From assembly GCA_976226885.1 (NCBI GenBank), contig OZ320314.1, positions 72,354,001 through 72,418,000 of the forward strand: a stretch of 64,000 nt of DNA. The letters run 5' to 3'. Made by a program: the position numbers and the translations under genes. The stretch is from Iphione sp. A-MEVVRFRX5. Lineage: Eukaryota. Positions 46,501 to 60,400 of the stretch are shown here, piece by piece. Each line of letters starts with the position of its first letter. Within the stretch, counting starts at the first letter, position 1. Below the pieces are notes generated by a model. That model made no database searches, had not been told where the DNA came from, and was given only the letters and a program-made list of their open reading frames with translations.

Positions 46501-49500
46501 ATGTGTGAAAAAGCAAGAGTTACAGATGCCAGCAGTGTCCACCAGCAATGGTAGCAATGGCATCGTAGTTGATTGATCAAATGTTATCGGTCTAGACAGG
46601 GAAAGAATGCCAACAGAGGACATGGGACGGAGTGGGCAGATGAAAAGATATCAAGTACAGAGTGGAAGTAGCGAGCCAGAGAGAACCGGAAAAGTCGACT
46701 ATTCGCGATAGGAATTTGGAAAAGGCAGCCCAGAAAACGGGAAAATTGGAAGGTAGAGAAAGAAAGGGAATGACGGGAGGGAAGTAGAAAGGACGGGAGG
46801 GGGGTGGAAAGGAGTGTGGAGAGAATACGCAACGGAAGGGCAGGTTTGTAGACTAAACGGAAGGCTGGAAACTGCCAGCTTACCCAGGCACACAGCTTGG
46901 CCCATCTATTACCATGTTGTCGCCGGGAGGGCCACATCGACACCACTAAATCATGATTAGCCGTGGTACATGTCCTCGCCCCGTGCTGATTGACTTTCAA
47001 AGACGACAGGTAAGACTGCCTGCCATCAAATCAGCTTAGCTCTACCTGTTCTCGTACAGTTGCTGTCTGCTGTAGTCCCTATAGTCCTCTGTTAAATACG
47101 TGGGGAACACATCAACGCCGTGTGTACATGAGCAGCTCTAATCAAGTGAACACGCGCTAACTTATGTCATGTCATGGCAGAAAGTTCCTCTTTATCTTCA
47201 TTCGCTCGCAGCGGCTTACGAACAAAACATGACAAATGCTGTGCCCAAATGTCACATAATCTTCACAGACGATATCCTCTTAGGCTAGTCGCCAACTGCC
47301 ATTTCCTATCCTATTTATTTCTATTTGGGATACTTTTTTGTATGAAAAGTCAAGAAGATGTGTTAGGCTTAATTAAAAGGACTTAAATCTTATCTGTTCG
47401 CTCCATGAAGACAGTTATTTTGAACAGAATTTTGTTATTACAAGAGAGGCATTCCAATCTTCCCCGCCACGTGCTACTCTACAACCTGGCTTCAGTCTTT
47501 GTTTTTGGTTGCTGTCATTTTCTCAGACGGCATTTTCGTTGCTGTGCAAGCCGATCGGGGTTGATAGCCTTGTGAGACGCCCTGGATTGCAGCATGAGCG
47601 TTGCCGGAGATATGTGGGCAAGTGGCATCGGTGGGCGAGCAATCCTGGACCGGAAAGATCTCATGTCGTATATGTGTACACACTAGGAGGTACACTGGAG
47701 ATGCTGCTCGACCTAACAGCTACAGTGGAATGTAGATGTTTGGCGCTGTTCGGCCGACAAGGACAGAACCCCGGAAATAAGGGCATCGACTTTGAGCCTA
47801 GCTGCCGCTTACAGCAAAGCCCTGGGCCTTGACAGCATGGGAAAGACACAGCATACACGGGCGTCTGTAACCGGCTCCTAATTTCAATATGAGATCTCCA
47901 TGAAGTAGGGAAGCCATCAATCACGTCCGGGAAGCCACGCCCTCGCTACAATGTGATCGCCACCAATCTTTGCCCGCCTTTAATCCGTCGTCGAAGCAGG
48001 CCGTCAAAATGCTATGAAATATTTCACACGGAAATTGCCGAGCTCCTTTAAACACAAATTTCTTTGAGTGATGGAGGATATGGATAGAGCCCGGCAACAC
48101 CGGCGATGTGGAAAGCTATAAATAATATAGCAAGCTTTTCAATGCTTCCGCTGACTTTCAACAGTCTAAATCCCAGCTTTACTCAACGTGGACAATAAAA
48201 GTGCGATAAATCATATCTAGTTGCGATGTTTATTGGTTACATTTACTGCCAACGTCGGTCACTTGTCGATATGACAAGCCGGTGGATGGGGACAGGCACC
48301 AAAACACTCTGACCTGCTGATTACTGACAATAATTTTGTCATGACCTCGTGTTTTAACCATGTTCATCTGGAAGGGGACCTTTGTGATATTGGTCGGTTG
48401 AGACTGTCAGTCCTTTAGCTGCCTCACCCCGACCTCTTCCCCCTCCTCCCCACGGACAGTGTGTGAGCCATTATTGACCACTGGGCCCGGCCCATTGACC
48501 GGGAAGGCACGCCCGGCACTGCAGCAGCCATCAATCTACAGGAGCACCAGGCCGACCTTATGTGGAGGCCGCTGCGGCAACAGACTGGCGAGCCGAGCGC
48601 GCAGCCTGGTCCAGAAGGCGCTTGTCATTAAATGGGGCCAATTTGAAAATGTCTTCTGTCAAACCTGACAATCATGCTCCAGTATACAAGTGGTTCCCGC
48701 TGTGGAGATGGTTAGCGCGCGGCTGATACGTGCCACAGTGCACAGATCCGACTCTGACCTGCTCAGTAGATGGTGCCAATGGCTTCCTCTAGTCTCATGG
48801 CTTCAAGCCGGGCGCACTTAAGTGAACGTGCAACTTCTAAGTTAGGCCGCTCCAGTGTAAAACGTATGTATCTTACAAAATGATTTTTTTTCAGTTATTG
48901 GTGTAATAGAGATCATAAAGCGTGAAGGCCTCTTATGGCATCTCATTTAAAGGCAGCCGACTCAGAGCGTGAATCACGTCTAAATAATTCCTGAAATTAT
49001 TTCTGCCTCATCATTTGTGAAAGAAGTGTTCCAGAGAAAACGAGAGGTCTCATTATTACAGAATGACATACACCGTGGATATATTACATCGATGAAGAGG
49101 CGAGCGAGCGAGACACGCAATAATTATTATATAAAGTATGCACTGTATGCAGTACATGTATATTGTATCGTCAAACTACAAGAAAACTATGAAGAAAGGA
49201 AAGGCATCGAGAAACAAAGTGCCAGGCGAGGAGAATCAGCGACGGAGCGAGCGTGTCGGCTTGAAACTGGAGCTTGTCGACCAGAACCGTGTCCCTCGTC
49301 ATCCAACTAGCTAGCAAGGACTGTTTGGCTCTGCGCCAGGTGGCCAGGCCTTGCGCTACCACTAGTTTGATGGAGGCTTCATTACCCGACCTTGGCACCA
49401 GGCGCCACGCTGATCTCACTGGAGGTGCCCACCTCCACCCTGAGTCCTCAGAGGGGGAGGGGTGCGTACGTGCCGCACATCGCTTTCTACTTTTAAACTT

Positions 49501-51437
49501 GAGCCTGACATTATTCACCAACATTTCGGCAGAGGGCTGAATCCAATTAACTGTCTTACGCATCTAATGACTGATATTTGCTAGACACCATTCGTGTTAC
49601 TTACAAAACGTTTTAGCATCCAAAACGTGTCACTGTCAAGCCCTTCTCTGTATGATCACATCAGGAACTTCCTTGTTCACACCACCAGGAAGGGCAAGTG
49701 GGGAGGGGGGAAGTTAATAATAGCATTACGAATACCTAGCCGCTGCCAGGGAACATGACTAATGCAGTCTTTTTCCAACCGATGCCTGAGGGTGAATCAG
49801 CGAAATGCTTTACTATCATGACAAGTAAAAGCGGGTAGTAATTAAAGCTGGTGTTCCAGTGATTTGTTTCCTCCAATACATATATCGTCACAATTTTTCA
49901 CTAATATCCTGGCCTATATCTAAAGAATGACTGGTAGATTATATCAAACAGTACGACTGAGCATGCATTGCTTGAACACGTATTTAAATTATTGCAGGAA
50001 CCCGCTAGATCCTGCATCTAGATAAGGATCTATCGAGAAAGAAATTGGGAGCTCCCCCCCAGCTTGTTGACAATATAAACATTTATCACGGCCAGTGCTA
50101 CCAAAGATCATATCCTATAATTATGAAAAGTATGCACTGTATATTTCATCGAGTACCGCCACACGCACTGGAAAGAGGTATATTAATAGCCATGTATGTT
50201 TACATGCCTCAGTGAATTCTGCGTAGAAAACGATGAGATGTATTCTCTTTGGGAAAAAACGCATCTGCAGACATGAGGATATCCCAATAGAAACACCATT
50301 TAATATCTGGACATGTGATTCGGCCTTCGATCAGTTCCAGAAGGCTCCAAGCCGCGATTCCCGCGCCCTCTGTCAGCCCACTGTCTGCCCTCTGCCGTAC
50401 GCAGCGGCAAGCTAATCCTCTGTTTTATTGCCCGCCGTATCTCGGCGGCGGTCGGACACAAATCGCTCGTCGAAATCTCCAGCTGTCCGAAGCCGGTTCG
50501 CACTCATAACTCCGCATCCCGCCTGATTTATAAAGACAATCAATCCGTCCGCTAATTCCCCGTAACGACAATTTATGCTTGCCGCCGCCATGTTTATTGA
50601 TGATGGTTTACGTGTAGAGGGCGTTGCGAGCGTTGATCTATGCTGCGTCCGTCCCATTTGACATCAACGTCATGATCAAATCCTCTCCGCTCCAGGTCCA
50701 TGCGAAGAAACACTATTGTGTTACAGGTGGAGGAATGGCTTTCTTTATAGCCCACTAATAGATTCCGCTAACCGAATATATTGTCTTTTCCGCTGCTCTT
50801 TCGGGATGTGTTGGATGTGCTCCCAGTCAATGCTTCCAGCAGTGATCTGATGACACTGTTACTATAATGTTCTCATTTGGCAATTTCCAGCAACATTCAC
50901 CGTAAGAGGACTTTGCTATTACCCTCTAAAAGGAAGACAGACCAACTGCGTAGAGAACCCTAGAACCAATCTGTTGAATGACAAGTTAGGCAACCTTATC
51001 TGTCGTCATATTTAAAAACAGTTTTAACAAGGAATAGTACACTGCTTATTATTTAAACAATTATTAAGAGCAACACATAATTCTGGGCACAACATAAACA
51101 TCAATTGTACATGTGAATTAGTTCGATGTGAAAGTGCTAAGCCCATAGCTGCTTAAACTGCTATTTCCTTAGTGAACGAAGTGGGTTGGTTGCCACTGTC
51201 ACACTGGTGGTGCACTCAAGCTTATGTAGGTAGTGAGCTCGAAGGCGCCATGTTACAGTGAAGAGTGATACTTTCATGTGACTTAATTTTGAGCGAATAT
51301 TGCCCATGGCCAAATTGGCTTTTGAGACACATTTAGGTAAAACAGGTTTTTGTTCCTACCTTATAGCCACGAAAGAGAAGGTAAAGCTCCCTTGGTTTCG
51401 CATCCATGGGGAGTCCGCTGACGAATAACGTCCGAAC
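33596..51437 (-). CDS. cpo: Couch potato/RBPMS/MEC-8-family RNA-binding protein with two RRMs; 8 coding exons in the window (350 aa), 5'-partial
   Basis: Exons 51437-51360, 45766-45713, 42025-41963, 41257-41119, 38944-38814, 35899-35694, 34377-34308, 33907-33596. All are GT-AG with consistent phases (1053 nt). RRM1: [35 protein letters not shown]...PVGFVTF...[32 protein letters not shown]2: [22 protein letters not shown]...[12 protein letters not shown]...[21 protein letters not shown]. Confidence 0.96.
34308..34377 (-). CDS. cpo: cpo exon (RRM2 middle)
   Basis: (S)[23 protein letters not shown]; ttccag acceptor, gtatgt donor. Confidence 0.93.
35694..35899 (-). CDS. cpo: cpo exon (linker plus start of RRM2)
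   Basis: [10 protein letters not shown]...[26 protein letters not shown]; ttttcacag acceptor, gtacta donor. Confidence 0.93.
37503..37562. repeat. (CT)n microsatellite, about 28 units, in a cpo intron
   Basis: Directly visible. Confidence 0.97.
38814..38944 (-). CDS. cpo: cpo exon (post-RRM1 region)
   Basis: (Q)[43 protein letters not shown], which resembles RBPMS PEVWAPYPLYPAEL...ALHAQ; ctaatttcag acceptor, gtatcg donor. Confidence 0.9.
41119..41257 (-). CDS. cpo: cpo exon (end of RRM1)
   Basis: [27 protein letters not shown]...HPITG; cagcag acceptor, gtaagt donor. Confidence 0.95.
41963..42025 (-). CDS. cpo: cpo exon (RNP1 of RRM1)
   Basis: [21 protein letters not shown]; ttcttgcag acceptor, gtgagt donor. 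Not in the ORF track. Confidence 0.95.
44533..44987 (+). mobile_element. Possible solo LTR (about 455 bp) in a cpo intron
   Basis: Starts TGTAAG and ends ACA, with near-duplicated flanks ATAA/ATAT. Internal TATA-like gatataac (about 44653) and a composition that differs from the AT-rich flanks. No partner LTR or internal domain is present. Confidence 0.35.
45713..45766 (-). CDS. cpo: cpo exon (RRM1)
   Basis: [18 protein letters not shown]; tttgcag acceptor, gtaagt donor. Not in the ORF track. Confidence 0.94.
51360..51437 (-). CDS. cpo: cpo exon (RNP2 of RRM1); most 5' coding exon found
   Basis: [26 protein letters not shown]; gctcgcag acceptor, gtagga donor. Not in the ORF track. Confidence 0.95.
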
Positions 51438-54400
51438 CTGCGAGCAAAACAAGTAAACAGATATAAGACAAGGGCAGCGATGCAAATATCAAAACGGAAC
51501 AAATACCTATCACTTTCATGACGGAAGCAATCCAAAATGAACTGGACGAATTCTCAGATGAACGGATAAAGGTTGATTATGAAAAGGTCAACATGATCTG
51601 TCATAAAGCTGATGCTGTGTTTCGGTAAGCCCTATCGACTGGGTGCTCGGGGGCTTGGATCAGACCCCAACTTTGCGTGTTCATTCGGGCTCAGATAAGT
51701 GGCGGGAAGCCAGGTGTGGTGTCTAGGTGCAGTCGGTAGCCGGCTGCCATTACCGTAATTGCTTTTATGTCGGCTTTATCGACGGCCCATTTCTGCCTGA
51801 GAGACAAGTAATGACACCAGCCCATACATCTTCATTGTGCGCCGACGCGCCCAATCGGCCTCTTCAGCGTCGGCTTTCGAGCTGGCTACTCCAATGCACT
51901 GCCGCCGACACTCCATCGCCAAGACTGCGGTCATTACCGATCATAGTTGCAAATATCAGCTAAGCCTTGGTTAAACTACTGTATATCTACAGCTCCCCTT
52001 ACCCACCCAGCCACATGATACAAGTGCCTTTTGATGATGACTTATTTTAAAATCTTTTATGAGCTATAAATATTGATGTGAGGCTGGGCGGGGAAACACT
52101 TACTGATCTACAAGCCATGGCCGCTAACGAAAAGCGTGTTTACAAGAAAAGAATTGTGGCGGTGCTCTTTGTAAAACGTCAGTTGCCCTTCCATCTTGAC
52201 CGCAATGTCCTTCACAGACCGCCCGCTGACCAGGCGGACTATCAAGTCAAGTTATGGTGCCATTATTTAGTCACTAGTTTTATTTCCAACTCGCCGCAGA
52301 GTATGTCCATAGATCAGTGCCAGTAGCGCCACCGCCTGTAGCGGCTGGGGCAGTGTTTAGTCGCATGGTTAACCTTGCCCACCGACTGCGTGCGACCTTG
52401 ACGCCGACCTTTCCAATAGATCGTCATTATCGGAGCTTTTATCTGTACATGAAAGATAATATGACGTGGAATGCTGTGCCTGGGCTCTGGATGGGAGGCA
52501 TGCCAGGTCTTCAGCCGGCATCAACGTCAGCCGGCTGCCATGGAAACACCATCTGAAGGGCTGCGGCTGGTCCACCGCTTACTGCACCTGCTCCACCCAT
52601 ATGGCCGCCAGGAGGTGCAAAGGTCAGCCCATCTCAGCGATAGCCATCTCTTCTATGTTGCTTCCTGCAGGTCCATCGGCGGCCTTTCCACAACCATTAC
52701 TCTTGCTCGCCGTCCCCGCTACTCTCTCCGTATTTGTTTCAGGCTAGCTTTTGCACCAGTTCTGTACAGACGGCTATGTCTGGCCGCTGCATAGCGCCAC
52801 CGGTGAACACGTTGAGCCATCCATGCATCGACCATTGTGCTGGCAAGGGTCACCTTAACCAGCAGCTGCCAAGACGGCATAGTCGCTCCTGCCGGCCTGT
52901 AGGATGCCTAAGAGTCGTGGGACTGGGTAAAGGTCAAACGATGCCCGACTAGAAGGAATGGTGAGCGGGCAAGGCGGAGGACTAGGGGAGCGGGCAAGAT
53001 GGGGAATACAGGGAAGGGCCCTGTCAACCACTGGCCAATACTTCCCAACTCCTCTCCTCTTCTCCTCCTCCTGCTTGCCCTGAAGGTCAGCGACGACACA
53101 TACACATATATATATATGTGTGTGTGTGTGTAAATCACCCGATAAATAAACTATGACAATGCTCTCGGCTTCCGACTGATGTCGCCGGAACCATAGATCA
53201 CAATAATACGATTTTGTGGCATCACCGACCGGGGCAATGAGTCACGACATACGAATCATGATTCTCATGTCTTTATGAATAAACATGCACATGGGGACCG
53301 GAAAGACTAAAAAAAGTACACCGATGGTAAGACGCAACCTTCTGAGTTTTGCATCCTTGTGTGCCAAGCAGGGGAGCGGGTTGGGTCGAAAGACAGAAAG
53401 GGAAAACATGCAGGAATGCATAATAGCACAGGTCATGCAAGCGCAAGTCGTAACATATGAGCCACTGACACTCAAAACCAACTACGCCAACTATACTCAT
53501 CACAAAGTTGCGCGGGTCTTAATGAGACCTGACGCTGGCGCCTCCTTATAAAGACAAAGGAGAACATTCTATGCGGTAGGGGACGGCAGGGGGTGATCAG
53601 GGCGAGGGGTTACTCGACAGGCTCACCAACCAACGCGGTCCAGGTCATGTTGTATGGGAAGAGGCCGGCTGAGTGCCTCAGTTACCCATCCCCCTTTGAT
53701 CCTACGCGCTGACCTATTCCTTTGGCGCCTTTGACACAAATCAAGATGTCGGTCGTTCAGCCATAATCCTCCTTAAATTTAAACCACGACTAAAAAGTAT
53801 TACGATGTTTTCATAATCCTGATAAAGGTGTAAGACCGTAGCACAAGCCGGGGATAAACGATTGCCTTTGCGCAACATTGCGAGCACAGGTTGCTTGTCA
53901 ACGGATATAGTAATTATCAAATGAATTGCAGTTTGGAAAGCTGCTTATGGTACTACATTTGTAAAGGCCTACGTCAAATTGCAAATCATGTCCAAATATT
54001 TTTCAGTGTGCTAAGGAGTCTCTTCTTATACTGACAGTTATTTTATGTTTGTTACAAATGTACATGTAGGCCTACATATGTAAAACAAATATGATAAATA
54101 CTTCTTTGGGAGGGAGGTGTGTCTGCGAAACTACCAAGGTCATAACGTGAAAATGTGTAAACGTAACAGGAAGTTTTATTGAGTAAATGTGATATTTTGA
54201 AAGAATACCCAAAGGATGGGGAATGTGAGGAAAATCACGATATATCTACAAAATGCTAATGAATGGCGCATGTAAAAGGGTCTATGCTAAAATTTGACTG
54301 ATAGCAAGGCGTTCAGTGGCATCTACAGCTTTCAACCCTCAACTTATCATGAGGGTTTCCTGTCAACAATTCTCGAGTACCTCTTTCCTATTAAGAGCTT

Positions 54401-57400
54401 AGCTTAATGTCAACTGAAACGCCCAAACTCACCACCATGTAGCGTTCTCGAGCCAATCATCGCCCTCATGAGTGGTCGTTTGAAAGGGATTTCCTCAAAA
54501 TAGACGGTAGTAGTAGATAGCGTTGGGCCACATGTGCAGGCGATCAGTCCGCACCTCTTTTTCCACACTTCCTAATCTGCGGAGGATTCAGCTAATGGAA
54601 ACGTCCTCGGAGTGAAATTATTGGCGGTAGGCAAATGAAGAATAGGATCAAAGCGCACCCGAGTTGAAGCCCATTATGTCAGTTGTCTGTAATCATTAGA
54701 ATTATAACGGGCGAGAGCTGGTGTGAGACCCTGCCGTTGGTCGGGAGATTGACACGGCGAAGGCGGCCTCGACAGAGCGAGGCCTCTAGATGATAGATCA
54801 TCACAGGCCGCCTAGTCATCACCGAGGCCCGTATCATTCCTCCGATGGCGCGATAAAAGCTTCATCCTCCTGCTGATCCTCTATCTTGCCTGTCGCCTCA
54901 GTCCCTTAACCTGACTTAATCCTTGGTAGCGCTGACTTTAAGGTAACTAACTTTTAGAAGAAAGTATGTACGGTGGATTGGACGAGAGCATTGGCTGAAC
55001 TGATTCAAGTCGCGTGAAAAACGAGTTCACACTGTTGGGCTTACATTACCGGCAGGAATAATAACAAGGGAATATCGCCACCGTTTTATTTTCGATTTTT
55101 CTTTCCGCAGAAGTGCATCTTTTTTTTTACATATGCCATATGAATAGCCCTGACCGGGACGTGCCATGTCCTGCCAATTAGTGGGTCAATGACAGGTCGG
55201 CTCCCCTACGGCGTCGAGAGAGGCGGGGGCAATACCTAAGGTCAGAGGGCCAGCTAGGCGGTTGGCCGCCTCCCCGTGCCGGACCAAGGTGTCGACAGAC
55301 GCCCGATCCATCACCAACGATCTGCAGTGAGGGCAACACATGCACCACTGCTCGACCGACAATCCTTCCACCCAGCTCTGTGTGGCTGTGTGGACTGGGC
55401 ACAGCGGGTGGAAGACGGCACAGAAAGTAGTGCGGCGGCAGCCCTTTTTACCTACGCCCCACCACCATATCATACAACTATTCAACCTTAATAGCGCTGA
55501 GATATTCGCAGCAGAGGAAGCAGATATTCCTCTCTACATGGGCGGTCTTGATTCATGGAGCTCCCTTTATGCACGGTGACGACGTGCACTGGATGTAGAA
55601 GACTGAGAACTTATGACCCGTCCGATCGTTGTCGCAATACTGGCGGCATACTATTACTTGGAGTATGTCCCGCAACCCTAAAGCCCAATCTATTGACAGC
55701 TGCCGTGGAGTGGTGGTCGGCGGGAAGCAGCGAAGGCTGCCTTCAAGGTGACAGTAAGCAGATGTCTGCATGCGAGTCACAGAGCGGCCAATTACAGGTG
55801 CCTAAATGATGCCAGGTGAATGTTACCCAAGAGACGACGAGTACCAAGGCCTTCGCTTCGCACACAGCAGCCGAAAATGGAAAGCCCCGACGTTATGCTT
55901 CACTTTAACTATTGCCCAAGACAGCTTATACTTTTCAGGTCTTTACGATCTCCCCTTGAAAATTACAGTGTGTGAATCGGTTAAGGAGAGCATTATGTTA
56001 CCTAGGAGAGGTTATTTTTCTGATCTATGGTAGATGTCTGCCTGCTAGTCACAAACGTGCGGTGGAGAATGACCCCTGTAAATCTGAAGGCAAGCTCGTA
56101 TTTTCCTTGTGAGTAACTTCCACAAAATATTTTACAATTACAAACAAAATTGTCGCATGTCGCCTCTAATCACTGAAGGGCCTGTGGCCCCATTCACAAC
56201 CTCTAGAAGGAAATCGCCGTTTGAAATCACCTGCAATTACAAAACGTCAGCTTTCAGTTTAGCAGGGTCTTTTTAAGTACATGACATCCTGCCTGTTCGG
56301 CTTTAAATGACCTATTACAAATGGGCAACTTGTCGTCTTAGACACGGACAACCCACTACCAGTATTCCACTACATGAAAACAGGGGGAAAAAAAAGACTG
56401 CGATGTTATTAATGGCAGTGGATTTATACACAGGGAAGCCTTCCCAATTACGTCAATAAACGGCAATTCTTTTCCAGAAACATGGTCCCAATCACACATT
56501 AATAATTCACACATGTAACCAGGATGGAATGGGGCGACTGGCAATGGGGAGACGCCTAATTATAAATGCTAATTGGTATCGCTTTAGAGCCTGATTTAGT
56601 CGAGTTAAATTCTTAACAGGCTTTCAACAAAGCCTAACAAGTTGTGGTTCTTCTGCGAGGTTGAATCCTTCACTGGCTCTCGAGTAAAGAAAACTTCCCT
56701 TGTTCTTTTTGAAAGAACTACTTGTTTCAAAAGGCAGTGGTTATTGTTTGAGGCTCGCGTGCAGTTAAAAAACACCGTAGGAACTGAGCAGTTTTTCCAC
56801 GCACGCTGAGGACAGCATATGAACGCAAGCACCTAATGATTTGACTGGCAAACATAGTCAAGATGTAGGAGATACCGCCTGCTAATACAGCGGCATCGAT
56901 TGCCACCACATAGCGCAGACAGACCGGGTGGTACTGAAGGCGGGGCTCTCCTTATCTCAGGGATCCAGGTCTCGTGTTCTCGTACACTTCGTTTGATCAC
57001 TGCAAGCTGGCCATTAAGCCAGTAGCTTTTTCCTGCCAATTAACAAGAAGATGATGAGAGAATTAATGGCTGCTGGAGTCACATCAAGGGATTATTGTAA
57101 AAATAACCCATTCCTCGTAATGATTATTAACTAATTCAAATTTTATCTGTTCTACTTAAGGACTGGAACCAGGCAGTCTTTCAAATGTTTTATTAGGGCA
57201 AAATATGTTTGTGACGATTCTTTGGCGACATGTCCTCCTTAAACTAGCGTTTATCAACAGAGGCGGAGCTTCCACATCCACTGTTAAACGGCCGTCGGGG
57301 GAAGTTTCATGTCATATCGATTGGTTTGGAAGAAAGCGTCTAGCGCTTCATCACCGGCTGTTAATTTGCCCGACACCTCTCTTTGTATGGCGCCCGAGCG

Positions 57401-60400
57401 CTCAGGCGTGGCTGAGACAGTCGACGTTATTGAAGCTGTTAGCGAGCATATGGGCGGAGTCGGCCGCCAGCGGCCGCTGACGGGTGCTTGGGCGCGGCTG
57501 CCGGGGCTGGTGACGGTGGCGCACGGCGAACCGCTGGCTCCTCCGTCTCAATGATGAGCTCCTTCTGACGGCTCCTCCCGCGGGACTTTAAAATACCCAC
57601 GCCGACGGACCGCCGCCAGAGAGAACAGAAGCGATACGTGGGCTGGCGTAGCCAAGGAGTGAGCAGGGCCGCCTCTAACCACTTGGTGGCCATCTCTTTA
57701 GTCCTTCCGGATGCCACATAACACCGACCCGACTTCCTGCCATGAGAGCCTGACAAACGCCAACCATCCACCAGCTGAACTATCCCTCATAAACTCATAT
57801 TCTGGCTGTCATTTACCCATCTACAATTCCCTCCTAATTAAGGAATAACGAACTCAAAGCTTGATCAGATCACGGATGACACTAAATAGACCTCATTAGG
57901 GTATCGCCTGAGACACTTGAGCTGGCAGTTATACATGGGGATTGGGCTCAAGGTGAAGCTCAGCCGACCGCTCCCGGTTGGGCTGCACCCCATGCCATCA
58001 CAGGAGAATAGCTGCATGGGCTCCCTCTGCCACACAGCTCCCTCTGCCACACAGACATGCACACCTAACACGAATAGAGCCTGGGGCTAACAGAGCCAAC
58101 CACTAATAAGGTCCTACTGAAATAGCCTATTGTTGACAGTCTTCATTTCTTGTAATGAACTGGGCCTTGCTATCTATTGCTTACATAGAAATGCAGCTAG
58201 ATGTTTTTTTCATGATCCATGATGTACGGTGTTCAAATTTACAAAGCACAAAACGTTGGTATTTAATGGCGGGGTTAAGCACGAATCTCGTACTTTATAC
58301 AGTTTGCCTAAGTGGCTTCGTATGTGGCTTCCTCTAATAAGTTTCATCAGCGATGGCCATTACTATTGCCTGCTGCCCCTGTCGGCGTCATCAATAGAAC
58401 CTCGACCAAGTTGAACCAAGGTCCTCCGGATGATATAACCTTACCATATTCCTTCATCAGCATGTAAGGCTATGCAGCATACTCTCCTCCCAAATGACAT
58501 ACTAGACAAATCAATAAGGGCCCGGTCAACTCCGCGATAAAGCAATCACCACTCGCTTCGCGGAGGCCTAACGACATGACCGCAGGGACCCCGTTAAAAC
58601 AATTCATTATGCTTACAAAACAAGCTCTACAAATATATCCCTGTCTCAGTCAAATACACCGCCAGCACTGCAGTCCATCCTGCGTTCCCTTTCAACTTTG
58701 ATGTTGTCCGCTTATTTCGTTGATCGAGTTTATCAGAATCCAATTTCCTGAAGGACGTGGAGTCTGAGGGCCAGCTCCCTCGGAGTGAAATTAATAAGCT
58801 TCCGATTGATTGGGATGAATAATGGAGGCTCGGATTAATGAGCCTGGTAGGAACAGGCCCTCCCATCGTCAGAACAAATACGTTGCCCGTACGGCTGTGC
58901 CTGGGGTGCTTTGTTGTGACATTGTACCACAGTGACAGGGTGCACAGGACATGACACGATAAAACTCTCACCTCGCACCGCTAGTTCTATGAATAACGGA
59001 TTAAAGACTTCCGGCCGCGACATTAAACCTACAGTCAATGGGGCCGACGATGTAATGTCCGACCTCCCTATATGGATCATTCAAAGCAGGTTTGTTTTGC
59101 TGTTTTCTTTTACGTCGAAGGATCTGCTTTTTGTTCTCATGATACCACAGTGGTGGGTTATAACGACGCCTGCTTCTCCATTCGATGATGTGCGAGGGAA
59201 ATCGATCAGTGCACCCTCCGAGAGGGCAGTCTAATTAGGCCAATATCTCCAGATAAATCAATTACTTATTCCGGTGAAATCAATGACTAAATACTAACGT
59301 ACAAATCGGTCCCGCTTACCCGGTTTAAATCTAACGTGATGTCCTACTCGCCTAGGCTGTCGCTCATAATCTGCTACATGTATGTAAAAAAACTTAGGTC
59401 AGGTTGTGCAGTCTGAAAAGGGCAACAGATAGACCGTCAACGTGTGCTCTAGGAAAACCAAAAACCGGCTTACCATCATCTACTTAAGACAACGGGCCCA
59501 AAAGGCCTGTCAGGGATGCCTGAAATTCACCGGGATATGTATCTCAAAGCGCCGCCCTTGGCGGCTCTTGGATGAGAGATCTCAAGAGGGCCTATTTTTC
59601 TCGGGAGCCACCCTTTGTTGTCTACATAATACTAATGCGTTGCCATATCTGGCATCCAATTCAATATTTTGCAGTCGCTACTTTGTCAAGTGTGACAAAT
59701 CCCTACAGAAGGACCACTCTGTTATTAACAGACACTATGGAATACAATCTCGGAATCAAAGGACGCCGGACTACAGTAACCGTCTGCACTTGCCGGTGCT
59801 ACTAACCTTGGATCCTATGGCTTGATTAAGCCCCAGGGCAGCTGCGGAAGGCGATTGAAAAGAAATGTCTACGCTAACAGGAGTAAGGTCAAAAGTAGGA
59901 CTCTAGCCATTTGTCTCATCAAATTACTGAATCCATATTCTAATGTGAGAATTTCAGGGCAATAGTGTACTGCCTAGAGGAGGAGTTATAAATGCATCGG
60001 GTCAGACATGGTTCATGAATAGGTATTTGTCGAACTAAAATGCCCTCTGAATGCCTGCAATGGTGTAAGAGAAGCTTTGCGGGCGATATCCTACTAGTAT
60101 TGCTAAGAAGCCCAGTCGATCGTGACAGGAAGCTCCTCGACCATTGATTGATAACGCAATGTCTTGCATAACGTGCTCAGGCCGCATGTGACCGCATGCA
60201 CTGCGTTTTCCAGCCGGCAGCATCGATGTAACGTGTTCTTCATGTTGTCCTAGGAGAGACGCCCGGACACGCTATATCCTCAGCTGGTTTCAATCTGCAG
60301 CGTACTGGTGGCTTCACGATACAAATCGACCAGTCTCTAAAGTTTCCACATTCCAGTATATATCAGCGTAGACATTATGTAACGATTATAATGAGAAATG

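Noticed and set aside
40560-59900. Frequent AGGTCA/CAAGGTCA nuclear-receptor half-sites in cpo introns
   Set aside because: Short motifs whose enrichment cannot be established without a background count.
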